Of a DNA stretch of 64,000 bases, positions 49,301 to 60,200 are shown in pieces. Location of the stretch: NCBI GenBank assembly GCA_039621445.1, contig CP154954.1, positions 44,867,847-44,931,846 on the forward strand. The letters are read 5' to 3'. Under the pieces are notes generated by a model. That model saw only the letters and a program-made list of their open reading frames with translations. It made no database searches and was not told the DNA's origin. The DNA comes from Euglena gracilis. Its lineage: Eukaryota. The number at the start of each line of letters is the position of its first letter. Within the stretch, counting starts at the first letter, position 1. Position numbers and translations under genes: made by a program.

Positions 49301-50514
49301 CCGCAAGCACTATCCCCCAGGTGGAGCGCTCGTAATGCACAAAACTCACCAGAGGGAACATTTTAATGGACGATGGGCTGCGGGGTAGAGGACAAGGGGG
49401 GAAGAAAAGCCTTTCAGGGCTGGAAAACCTCCGGTTTCACACATCTGCAAAAAAACAACAACATCAAACCTCCGAAAAGGTGTCCTCTGACCGGGGGGGT
49501 GGTCGTTGGACATAGGGGGGTCGTTGGACATATCTGATGGGTATGATCGTGGAGTACAGGGTGACGTATTTCATTGTTGCTGGTCACAAAAACAAGAAAA
49601 AGTCGTTTGATTGGGAGCAAGATGGTCAACGCCTGGGTTCTTGTGGTTGCAGGGGGTCACTACGGTCCAGCCCTGGGGGGCACCATCGAGAAGCCCACCG
49701 GCGTGCCGCTCTTCAGGCAGGGTTGCAGGACCTCCACCGGCAGGAACCGCGTCGGGGTAGCAGGTGGCTGCCGTGGCCCAAGGGGGGTTCCTTTGGTCCT
49801 CGGGGGGAACAGACAACTCGTGAGATGTGATTTCGGAAGGTTGGATTTTTACGTTCCACCCCCCCCCCCGCGGAGAACACGTCCACCGGTGCAAGGCAAG
49901 AAGACAAACTTCGCAAGGCAGACTTTCCAACATGAAATAGTTGTCGACCGCAGCCATCTTTGAAGCTTTTCCCCCAAAAAAATGCGTAATGCACCGAAAC
50001 TTTTTTCCAGTCCATTGCAGCTGTACCAGGCTACACCAACTTTCAGCGACCCTCCCCTCGGGGGTCTGCAGCCTTGCTGGGAGCTGCTGGTTGGGAAAAA
50101 GTGCTCCAGCTGGAGTCCCCCCTAGTCCTTTCCACCAGAAGTGATGCCCTGGTGGGTATCATATGACGCTCCACTAGAAATTCCATAATTTCTGACAGAT
50201 TGTGCCAAGCTTCAATGTCGGCAAGAACTGATGAAACTAATCAACAAACTGAATTTATTCTTTGTTTTGGTTCCCAAGGTTCGATTTCCTAATGTAATAT
50301 TCTATAGTCACAAAACTACACGGTTTATTTTTGGGAGGGTTTCGAGAATGCGACAAGCTGGGCCGGAAACAAGCAATGGCCGCCTGGCCACGGTGTCCAG
50401 CATGACGCGCATCTTGGCGAAGGACTCCATCATCAGGCTGAGCTCCCGCACACAGGTTCCCCGGGGCACGGCAGAGCCCACCACGTCCAGCTCCACACAG
50501 CGGTGCATGTCCCG
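40393..50514 (-). CDS. Gene B: paralogous HAMP plus class III adenylate cyclase, 9 exons (50390-50514, 49679-49753, 48768-48838, 44753-44838, 44222-44320, 42729-42865, 42431-42535, 41225-41251, 40393-40579)
   Basis: Joined protein has FFLDIENFT, DKYIGDCVMAFWNAP, RMGLEAG, NYTVVGDVVNVASRLEGLNK, ILIG and LKGK...VYEL, then an acidic tail and TGA. K, T, N, R and both Asp catalytic residues are present. Some junctions are uncertain by a few nt. Confidence 0.88.
40580..41224 (-). other. Nonconventional (GT-starting, intermediate-type) intron of gene B
   Basis: GTT-CAGGCGAC...GTTGCCTG-CCGCC; restores KGKAMGMSVYEL. Confidence 0.8.
42536..42728 (-). other. Nonconventional intron of gene B
   Basis: GGC-CAGGC...GCCTG-CGGCC; restores VNVASRLE. 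Confidence 0.8.
43162..43685. mobile_element. CAG...CTG MITE with 9-bp TSD and (GCGGAAAATT)-like subterminal arrays
   Basis: TIR CAG(G)nAAATTGATATC; ACTTGGGGT on both flanks. Confidence 0.88.
44321..44752 (-). other. Nonconventional intron of gene B at IG|DC
   Basis: GGC-CAGGGTGGGCC...GGCCCATCGCCTG-CCGGG stem. Confidence 0.85.
44839..48767 (-). other. Nonconventional intron specific to gene B, with a 7/8 TSD
   Basis: GGCCC|AGT-CAGG...CCTG-GGCCC|AGC; absent in gene A. Confidence 0.88.
45139..48456. mobile_element. 3.3-kb TIR element with 3-bp TSD, superfamily unassigned
   Basis: 27-bp perfect TIR CCTTAGACGGCCGGGAATGCACTTTTC; TSD AAG; dispersed GAATGCGCACCTGCGCATT motifs in both orientations. 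Confidence 0.88.
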
Positions 50515-51284
50515 GTTGAAAGGGGGTGCATATATTTGATGCACGGAGCCAAATGACGCACCGGAGGTCAGCCCCTGGCTGAAACAGAAAAGCTGGCGGG
50601 ATCGGTGAGGCCGGACCGGCATAAGCAACGACCTGAGAGGCAAAACTTTGAGATAATTTCTTGTCATCAAAATGGTAACTTCCCCTTGTCATCAAATGAA
50701 CCTTCGCTTTTGCTGAAAAGTCGAAATTTCAAGAAATATCTGAAAAAAATTGCTTTCCAGGAACATGATTTTTTTAAAGAAATAATTAAAAAAGCACTAT
50801 ATAAAAGCACTATATAAAAGCACTATATAAAAGCACTGGAGAAGGGGTTGTGGTTGGACAAATGTCAGTGTTTAGACAAGGGAAGAAGGGAGGTGACGTG
50901 AGCTTAAAGATCCTGGACAGTGTCACCCCCCCCCCGACTCCTTTGAGTGAGGATCAGCCACTTGTAGCCCGACGGCGTGACCGGACGACAATATAAAGCA
51001 AGAACTGTGGCACCACAGCACCTGGATGATGTTAACCACGCATCAATTCGGGCAAACATCTTTCACCATCAAGAAAGGCTGGTTTCCTTCAAAACGTGGT
51101 TGCTGAGGTGAAAAACCAATCAAGCTGGAAGGAACACCTATGCAGCCACTGGTGGTCACGAACTGTACCAAAAACCTGGAGGCACATTGAACCAACCCTC
51201 ACCCAACATCAACACAGACCGATATTGGAGGAAGGGAAGAGGGGGTTTTTGGCTTTTTTGGCCGAGACCCGGTTGTCCCTCAGC

Positions 51285-54200
51285 TCGGGCGGTGGTCTCA
51301 CACCGCAGGCACACGCCGCGGTTCACCCAAACCTTGTTGATGGGGCGGGCGCACACCGTGCACGGCGTGGAGCCGGAGAGGTGGCGCTGCGGCAGACATT
51401 GGTCGGGGGCACAGCCCTTTCCGATTTTGTGGTGCTAATTTTTTTGTGGTGTCAGGGTTGATCAATGTTCGGCCCAGCTTGGAGCGCTAGGCCGAACATC
51501 AGCCAACACGCCATTCTTCACAACAGCTGTTTTGCCACTCGATCAAAAAAGGATGGAAGGGGGTGGGGCAGAGAAGCGCCGTGGGCACCGTGATCGCTGA
51601 AGGCGGCCACCATGTTGTCCCACAGCGGCGCCACCGCCTGCCGCACCTCTGCCAATAGCTGCGGCAGCTGGAAGTCCTGCGGCAGGAAATCCGCTGAGTG
51701 GTGACGGCCGAGGCCCGTCCGTCCGCTAACCCCAGTGTCGCAGCACCCTGAACGTTGGTGTTGACAGGCATGCACCCATTGCTGGACTATGTGGTCCAGT
51801 CGCACTCCCGTTGCGGGTGTTTGATGCAAGCTCGAGATACGTACGTGCCTGGCGGACCCCGGGGCTGGCGGGGCCGGGGTCACCGATGCGAAACGCAGGG
51901 CGGTGCGGGCCCTGCCCCGGGGAGCGCAGCGGCCGCTGGATGACGGCCAGCCAGCGGAGCACTTCGCGGTTCACGTCGGCGATGCCCTCCAGGGTGTGGA
52001 GGCAGCCACCCCGCTCGCAGTGCTTAGCCAGTGCTTCGCCATCAAACACCAGACAACCCATCCAGTTTGGTGTATGGGTTACTTGCACTGGGAGGGTCAC
52101 CCTCTTAGGCGGCCGAATTCGCACTTAAGCTTTTTTCCTTTTGATTTGCGCAATTGCGCAAATGCACGATTTTTTTGTAAACCCTGGGACCCTGTACCCT
52201 GACAGCCGGAACACGATTTATGAGCTATGACACCCCTCCACTGGAGGGGATTGACTCCCAGTGGTCTGGTGTGCATGCTGCTTGCCAGGTGCCGTTAATA
52301 GGGCGGATGGTGAGACTTGTGCTGTTGTTCATCAAACGGGAGAGAGGCACACACCCCTTGTGACGACACTTGGAACTGGTGCTGACGTGCTGCCTGAACT
52401 GGCTGTGACACTGCCGCCACCGGTAAGAACACACTGAGTCTCATGACATCACACCACCACAGACACACAGACTACGTGAGGCAGCCGTCACCCAATTGAT
52501 GTGTGTTTGTGCGCGCAATTGCGCAAATAAAAACAATTGTGTTTGATGCGCGCATTTCGCAAATAAAACATACACCGATGATGATAAAATGACGTGTTGG
52601 TGGGCGCCAGTGCGCGCACCAACACATTTGGTGGTGTGCGCATTTGCGCAAATGCGCACACCACCAAATGTGTTTGGTGCGCGCATTTATGCCCACAAAC
52701 ACGTACGTTTACCTTCCATGTTAAAAGACACCAATGAGGACCATGACTTAGAAGGTTTAAAAACGTGGTGGACGTGTTGGTGCGCGCAATTGCGCAAATA
52801 AACATAATTTTGTTGATGCGCGCATTTGCGCAAATGCGCGCATCAACATGTTAATAAACCGCTTCCAAATAATGTGTTTGTAGGGCCCTTAGAGCACATA
52901 AACAAAGTTTGTTGATTTGCGCAAATGCGCGCATCAAAACACATCAGTTGTGGGATGCCATCTCCTGCTCTGTGACGGCTGGCGAACACAATTCCTCACG
53001 CCAGCCATTGATTTGCTCCAAGGTTACGTGGCGATGAAATTGGTGGTGAGAGGTGGTGTGGAGTGTTCACTGGAACACGGCATGTGACTGGCCAAAATTT
53101 GCCTGCCTTACGTGTGTACATGTGCACTGCTGTTCCCCGGTCCGAACGGTCTGTTGTTTTGGTGTCATGTGTTTGGCAGTTAAACGTAATGAGTTGATGA
53201 CGTGCAAACGACCTGTGACTGTTGGACACTTTTTGTGCAACAGGACTGCGTTACAGGAAGACAAAATTTGGCACCTGAAACACCCGGGATGTGTCCGGCC
53301 GGAGTCCGTTTTACGGTTTTCTTTGCCATTTTTCCCTTGAAAAATGTAAAAAACACCAGTTTTTGTGCATAATTTGGGGGGAGTGGGTCCCACCGCTTTG
53401 ATGCGCCCAATCCAGGGGTAAAGGTTCAACACTTCCTTGCATCCAAAGTAACGGGTGTTTGAGGGCCACCTCTCTCCAGCTGTTGGTTGCCATGCACTGG
53501 CACCACGTCGTCCCCCCAGTCTTACACCCCGGTTGCGGGGTATAACGGGGCCGCTGTGGTGGGTGTCGTTGCACCGGGGAGGTCGATGCCGGCCTGCTGG
53601 GTGCTGAAGCATCAGCAGCTGATGGGGCTGCAGCAGCGGAGCCGAAGCCGCAGGCCAGCTGCAGGGCACTTGGGACCCAAAAATTGGTGCCCGTGGAGGT
53701 GAACGGTTACTGGGTGGCTTTGCACCCACCTTCAAAAGATGCTATGTCTCCATCTTTTGCCGGACCTGTCAATGGTCCAAAAACGGCACAATAACACCAT
53801 ATCCCGGAGGGGACGGTGTAGTCATTTGGGTTGAACCCACTCAGAAGCCACTAAGGGTGGCTGTAGGGGGGCCGAATGAAGTCACTTATTACTCCTCCAC
53901 TGGTGGTTTATTTGCGCATTTGCGCGCATCACGTTGTTTTGTGGGCGCAAATGCGCAAATAAAACAGATGTAAACTGAACAATTTACATCTGTTTTATTT
54001 GCGCATTTGCGCCCACAAACAACGTGATGCGCGCAAATGCGCAAATAAACCACATCTGCTGTCGGCGTTTGACGGCCATGTTTCCGTCACACCGTTCTTC
54101 TTTGCGTTTATGGGCGCAAATGCGCGCATCAAACACAAAACACGTTTGATACGCGCATTTGCGCAAATGCGCACATAAACATGTTTTGTGTTTGATGCGC

Positions 54201-57200
54201 GCATTTGCGCCCCTCAGCTTGCGCCGTCGACAAACAGTGAGATAAACCCACCAACTGGACGGGCCTTGGACTGCCCACTCACAGCTCCTTTGTCACACCG
54301 TTTATCAACAGCGTCAATTCAGGGTGTCAAAGCCCAATCTCCAGAAGGACATAAGTGTGCGCATTTGCGCAAATGCGCAAATCAACATAAACATGTTGGT
54401 GCGCGCATTTGCGCGCATCAAACGCAATTTTGTCCTTCCAGTGTTGGGCTTCTTCCGCTGGGTTCATTGCCACACCACTGGTTGTGTGCATCCCGGGTAT
54501 AAGCCGGGTGTGAGACACCCATCCCCTTCATTCCCTTCATTCCCTGCGGACCCCGTTTCTTCCCCCTCTACGCATTCCTTCTCAAACACCCCGCAGTCAC
54601 CTTCCTTCCCCAGCGTCCCTCTCGCCGGCTCGGTCACACCACACCCACACCCCCTGGCACCCTCCTCCCCGCGCTTTAACAAACAGCCCAAAAACACCAC
54701 ACCAAGGCGTCGCAAGCAACGCAGTCCGGCAAACACCCGGGACACACACCGCCGGCAGCTCGGACACACCTGGGGACACAGCCGAAAGAAGCAGCAAGGG
54801 CAGTAAAGGTCCCGTTCCTAAGGTGCTTTTTTGCGTTTTTTTCAGTTTCGGCCGGCAGGGTCCCGGGGGTTTGGGCCCACAAAGTCCTTCCCGACACCCC
54901 CCAAAATCACTGTTTTTCGCCAAAGTCCCGGGGTTCTCACAGCCAAAATCAGAATTTTGCTCATTTTTTGCACTCTTTTGTTCACGTGTTTTCAAACCCC
55001 CCGGACCTTCACAGCCAAAACAAAGCACAATCAAAAAAATCGTAAATTTGCGCAAATGCGCAAATCAAAAGAAAAAAGCTTAAGTGCGAAATCGGCCGCC
55101 TAAGACCCTCCCCTTGGACAAAAAAGAAACTGGGGGGGCTTCAAAAAAAAGGCAAAAGTTTTCACACCCACATGTTTCTTGAAAAATCGGCCAAAACAAA
55201 AAAATTGTCTTCCCTGGCAGTAAGTGCCAAGGCTTTTTCCTCGTTCCGGGGGTCCCAAATCCTACCTCGGGTCTGAAGGGGGGGGGGGGTTGCACCTTTT
55301 CCCCCAAAGCAAAACCAACGTTCACTTGACACCCTGTCATATTATGTACAACCACTGAGGTCAACGGCAAAAGGAGCCAAACCCCCAACCTGCAATCAGA
55401 GCCGGGGGGGGGGGGGGGCAAGTGGGTTCCAAACAAAAGAAATACATAAAATATGCGGTCAAGGACTGGGGCAGACTTCTTTTTACCAACCCGGGTTGGC
55501 TTTGGACCCCAGTGCCTGCCGACCCAGGCAAATTTCCCTTAAAAATGGCCATTTTCGGGCCGCCAGCGCCTTGGGTCTGGGGGATATAGCACTACCCCCC
55601 CCAACCCCCCAGGGTCGAAAGTTCACAGACAAAAGGGCCAGAAGCGAAAAACAGCGCCAGGCCAGAAGAAGGGATAAGGGGCACCAAATAAACAGCCACA
55701 GTGCAGGGGGTCGAAAGTGCCCCACCCCCCTGCCTGCCCACAGCACTCCCCCCCCCCTTAGTTGCACTAAGGCTTCTTGTCTGTTTATGGCCGGCGCTAA
55801 CTTCGCTTCTGGCCCAGCTTGCTGTGTGGTGAGTGGCCAGGTACCCCTTACCAGGCTTCTTTTTAAGACCCCCGGGGGGGAGGGGGGGGAATGCAGCGCC
55901 AGGCCTTAAACCAGACAGAAGCCAAAGTGCATCTAAGGGGGGAGGGGGGGTCCCCCCCCCCCACCCAGGGTGGCGCAGGCCCCCCCCCGGGGGGGGGGGA
56001 CCCCCCCCAAAATCGGGCCCGTTAAAGGCAATTTTCAAAAAATTTTGGCGCTTCGCGCCGAAAAGGTATACCCAGCGCCTCCGGCGCGGGACCCCCCCCC
56101 CCCCCCCGCGGGTCCGGCCAGGACCCCCCCCCCACCCCCCCCCCAGCCCCCCCCGGGGGGGGGGGGGGGGTCAGGTGACCTAAAAAGAAGCCTGCCCCTT
56201 ACACCAGTGCTCTTTTGTTGCTCCGCCTGGCCGGGTGAGCAACTCTGGTGTAATTCCAGCGCTGTAGGGACATACGCTTACCTTGTGTGGTTGGTGTGGT
56301 TCCCGTGGGTGGGTCTCCCCCCGGGGGGGGGGGGGCACTTCCTTTAAAAGAGGTCTCGACCGGGGGGAGTGCCCCACCTCTCAAACTGCAGTCAATGGCC
56401 GTGGGGTGGTCGTTCGTCACATGAGTGGTCATAGGGCGAGAGGGGGATACAAACCAAAAGGCCAAAGGCCAATGGTTGCGGCGACGGGTCTGCGGAGACG
56501 CTGGGCGGAGGTGCATGGCGTGGTGGATGCGGTCGCTCAGCACGCCCGGGGCCGGCTGGAACGCCCGCAGCGCAGTGAGGGCCGCCGGCAGCCGGGCCCC
56601 AACCCACTCCAGGCTGGCCTCCAGGCGGGCCACCAGGTCCACGATGCGGAGCACCTTTGGCGGCAGCGCCGGCCCGGGGAACGCGCCGCAAGGGACGCCT
56701 TGCTGACCCCGACCCCCGACTCACTAAGTGGGTCTTTGAGCTAAGCCCTCCCCCCCCCTGTGGGGGTTGGGCCAAATGGTTGCCCCACCAGAGGCGTGGT
56801 TTTCCTCTGTTTTTTTTTGGACCCTAGAATTGGGCCCCCCAAAAGTGCCCCCCAGAGCCCCCCCCCCCCCCAGGGGGTGGGTGGACAAGTCTGGACCCCT
56901 CAGGGGATTAACGAAAAAAGGGGGGAAACCTGTTACTATTATTAACTGTTATTTCCTCCCAGGAGGAAAGATCGAGCACTTTGCTGGGAGCGAATGAAAG
57001 TTTCCTCCGCCCTGAAAAGGCACCAATCAACACAGGGCAGGGATCCAGGCTCCAAATGAGCCACTGAACCCCCTCCCCGTAAAAAAAGACACGCAGCCAA
57101 ATGGCCTTCATCGCTACACACACTCTTTGCTTTCAAGCCATTGTGAAACACCATCTGCAAACAGGCGTCCTTCGGCAGACGACTGCTTTTGTTTTGTTCC

Positions 57201-60200
57201 ACAGGGAAGGGGAGGAAACCCTTGCGGTGAAATGCATCGCAGATCCCGGAGATAATCCGATGGGGTACCCGGCGGGGATCCTCACAGCACGGCGCTGGGT
57301 GAGACCCCCCGGGCGATGAAGACCTTTTCGGTGTAGGCAAGGATGTGGGCTGCCGGAAGGCGGAAGCCTGAGAAAACCCACCCCGAAAGCTTCCCTGCCT
57401 TGGCGGGACTTGGGCCGCGAAGGGGGCGAGGATGGCGGCGGTGGTGTTGGGGGGCGGGCACCCCGTCCGGCATCGTGAGGAGGAGGAGGAGGAGGAGGAG
57501 GAGGAGGAGGAGGAGGAGGAGGAGGAGGAAGCTCCGTCGAGCTGCCACACAGACTTATTGGAGAAATGGGGCACCAAACAATGGGTCCAGCCAAAGAACA
57601 CCAGCCTGGTGGTTGGGATCATTGTCATCACCATCATCCTCCTCCTCTTCCTCCTCTGACAGACTAAAATGGTGCCGAGGTTGGCAAAGAAGACAAAATC
57701 AAAATCAAATCCTGCAGATGACCCAGAATCTTAAATCTTCTTTGAGTACTCTTCTTTGACATCAACTTCTGAAAACACATCAATGATACCACAAATTTAC
57801 AGAGGTGCAGGCAGAAAATTTTTTTTGATGGGAAATCTGCTGGGAACGATGCATTGTGCTATGCTGTGGCCACTTTGATACATGAGTGTGGAGCGTCCGC
57901 GGAGGTGTGATCCTGTGAGGGAATGATGCTTGGTGTCACACCATTGTTGGCCACGCCCAGTGAAGGGATGATCAATCGCCCGCCCCATGAACTGCGCGGT
58001 AAAGACGCGCGCATGCGGACATGCATTCACACACAGACAGACAAACCCAGAGAGTATGCACACTGTATCTGGAAACCGTCAAGCAGTTGCGTTGGACCCA
58101 AAAAAGGGGTATCCTTCTGATCAAGAACGGCGTGATTGGAAGGGAGGTCGTGGCGACCGCACCACTCTCGCCCGTGTGGGACCGAATCCACGCTTCCGCC
58201 CGCTCCAGGGCTCGTGCGACGCCCAGGCTGTGGGGCAAAGCCACGGTCTGGCTCAACGAAGACAGCAAAGACCGATCAAATGTGGGGCAAGGGGGGGGGC
58301 ACCGGTCGACGCCAGCCCTTGGGCAGGGCACGCAAGGGCTCGGGGACCGCTGGGTCCGCAGCTGCTGGGGGTGTGCGAGGAGAGCCAGGGATGCGACTTA
58401 CTGGGGGGGGGGTTGGCCCTTTCCATTAGAACACAAATCTGTCCGACCGCGTTCTGTGAAAAATCTGCAGGAATAATGAATGGAATAATGAATTGAAATT
58501 GGTCAACAACGGGAAAATAACGATTTCTGGAGTCCCTGGAAAAAGCGTCCATCCGCCCAAAACACCAATAATGTCGACCGTTAGAGGCCCCAACCAGGCC
58601 GTTACCAGCTACTCAGATCTACAGGCCATGTAAAGGTGTAAAGGCCAAAGAGAAAGGGTTTAACGGTCTTTAAAGGTCCTTAGTTAATTTAAAAAAAAAT
58701 CCCGTCCCCACCTGGCATTGGGGGGGGGGGGTCGGATGCTCCCCCCCCCCAGAATGGACGTGGTTGAACTCCCCCACCACTCAAAGGGGTTCGGGGATTC
58801 CATACAGCCCTGAAATGAGAGTGGTGCAGCTAGCCCACGAAGGACGACCTCTGAGCACATCCCTGGCCAGAGACGGGGTCACTTGCTTCGCTGTTTGATG
58901 CCGGGGGCACGTACACTGCGTGGCTCTCGAATTCAGCTTCACCGTCTGAAGAAGGAAAAAAAGGTGACTGGTGGTTAAAGACAAATCCGCAGCATACGTG
59001 CTTGTAAGGCCGGGGAGTGCGGCGCTGCGCTCCACTCGGCCCGGGACCCACGAGCCCCCAGCATCCCCTTCGGGGTGCCTCGGGACGGAGCAGATCCACT
59101 TCGTGAACGTCCGAGCGTCCGTCACGGCCAGCAGCATCCCCTTCAGGCGGGAGAGGAGGCACGAGAGGTGGACGTACCGCTGGTGCTCGGGGGCCTCCGC
59201 CGGGGTGCGCAGCAGGTCCAGGGCGTTGCCTAAGGATCCTCCCTCCCTGTGGGGGTCCAGCTCAGAGGCTGAAAATTTTGGGATGGCTGGATAAAGGCGT
59301 CCCGGGCGGGAGCTAGGCCCGGTCTGGGGTCAAACCGCATACTAAAAAAATCAAAATCACAAAAATGTCAAAAAAAACTGCCAACTGTGCAAAAAAAAAA
59401 ATCGATGTTTTGACCCCAAAAATGTCCTGGCTTTTTTTTTTTGATTATTGCACCCATTGCATCCCCGAAAGGGAAAAATCGGTCACTGTCCAGCCGCCCC
59501 AAGAGCGGCTGGAAATTAATAAATCTCGATGATGGGGGGGTCCGGAGCTGGAAAACGGCTGTTGGCGGGAAAAAAGGCTGCTGGCTGGCTGGATCCCCCC
59601 CGGCGGTGTGGGGTCAAGTTTTCTCAAGCAACGCCCTGAGCAGGTCACAGTAGTGAAAGACGCACAGCCGTTTCAGCTGGCGTTCGACATTTGAGCAGAG
59701 GGCTTTGGTACCAGGCGGAGGCCACCCCCCCCAAAAAATTAAACACGACACTGAAATGGTGGGGGTAGGAAACTTTGCACCGTCAATGAGCACCTTGAAG
59801 TATTTCAAGAGTTTGCCCAGCCCCGTCCAATGTGGAAACCTGACCTCACAATGTATCCTGCATGTTTCAGGCAGCAGCATTTTCCAGTGAGCAGCATCTT
59901 CCCAGCTGTGGACCACCACGTTTCTCCCCCTTGGATTTTGAATTGTAACTGAGAGGCATGAATTTACCTCTCTGGGCTGCAGCACCCCCGGCTCTGGCCA
60001 AACAATGACGAAGCACCCATGGTCATCCAGATTTCCAGACCCAGTCACGCTCAGTCACGCCAAGTCACGTTCGGTCACTCACAACCAGACCAGTCCTAAC
60101 ACAGAAAAAAAAGGGTCAAAATTGGTAAAAGTGGAGGGGTGTCATTTATGACGGGGATGGGCAATGCCTCCCTGGCGGCAAACAACCACCCCAGGCACCA

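Noticed and set aside
53480-53670. GC-rich segment as an exon of gene C
   Set aside because: Lies inside the TIR element 52103-55105
57432-57659. Plus-strand poly-Glu ORF with a hydrophobic tail, or the missing TM exon of gene B
   Set aside because: Low-complexity trinucleotide sequence, no similarity to TM2 of gene A, wrong strand
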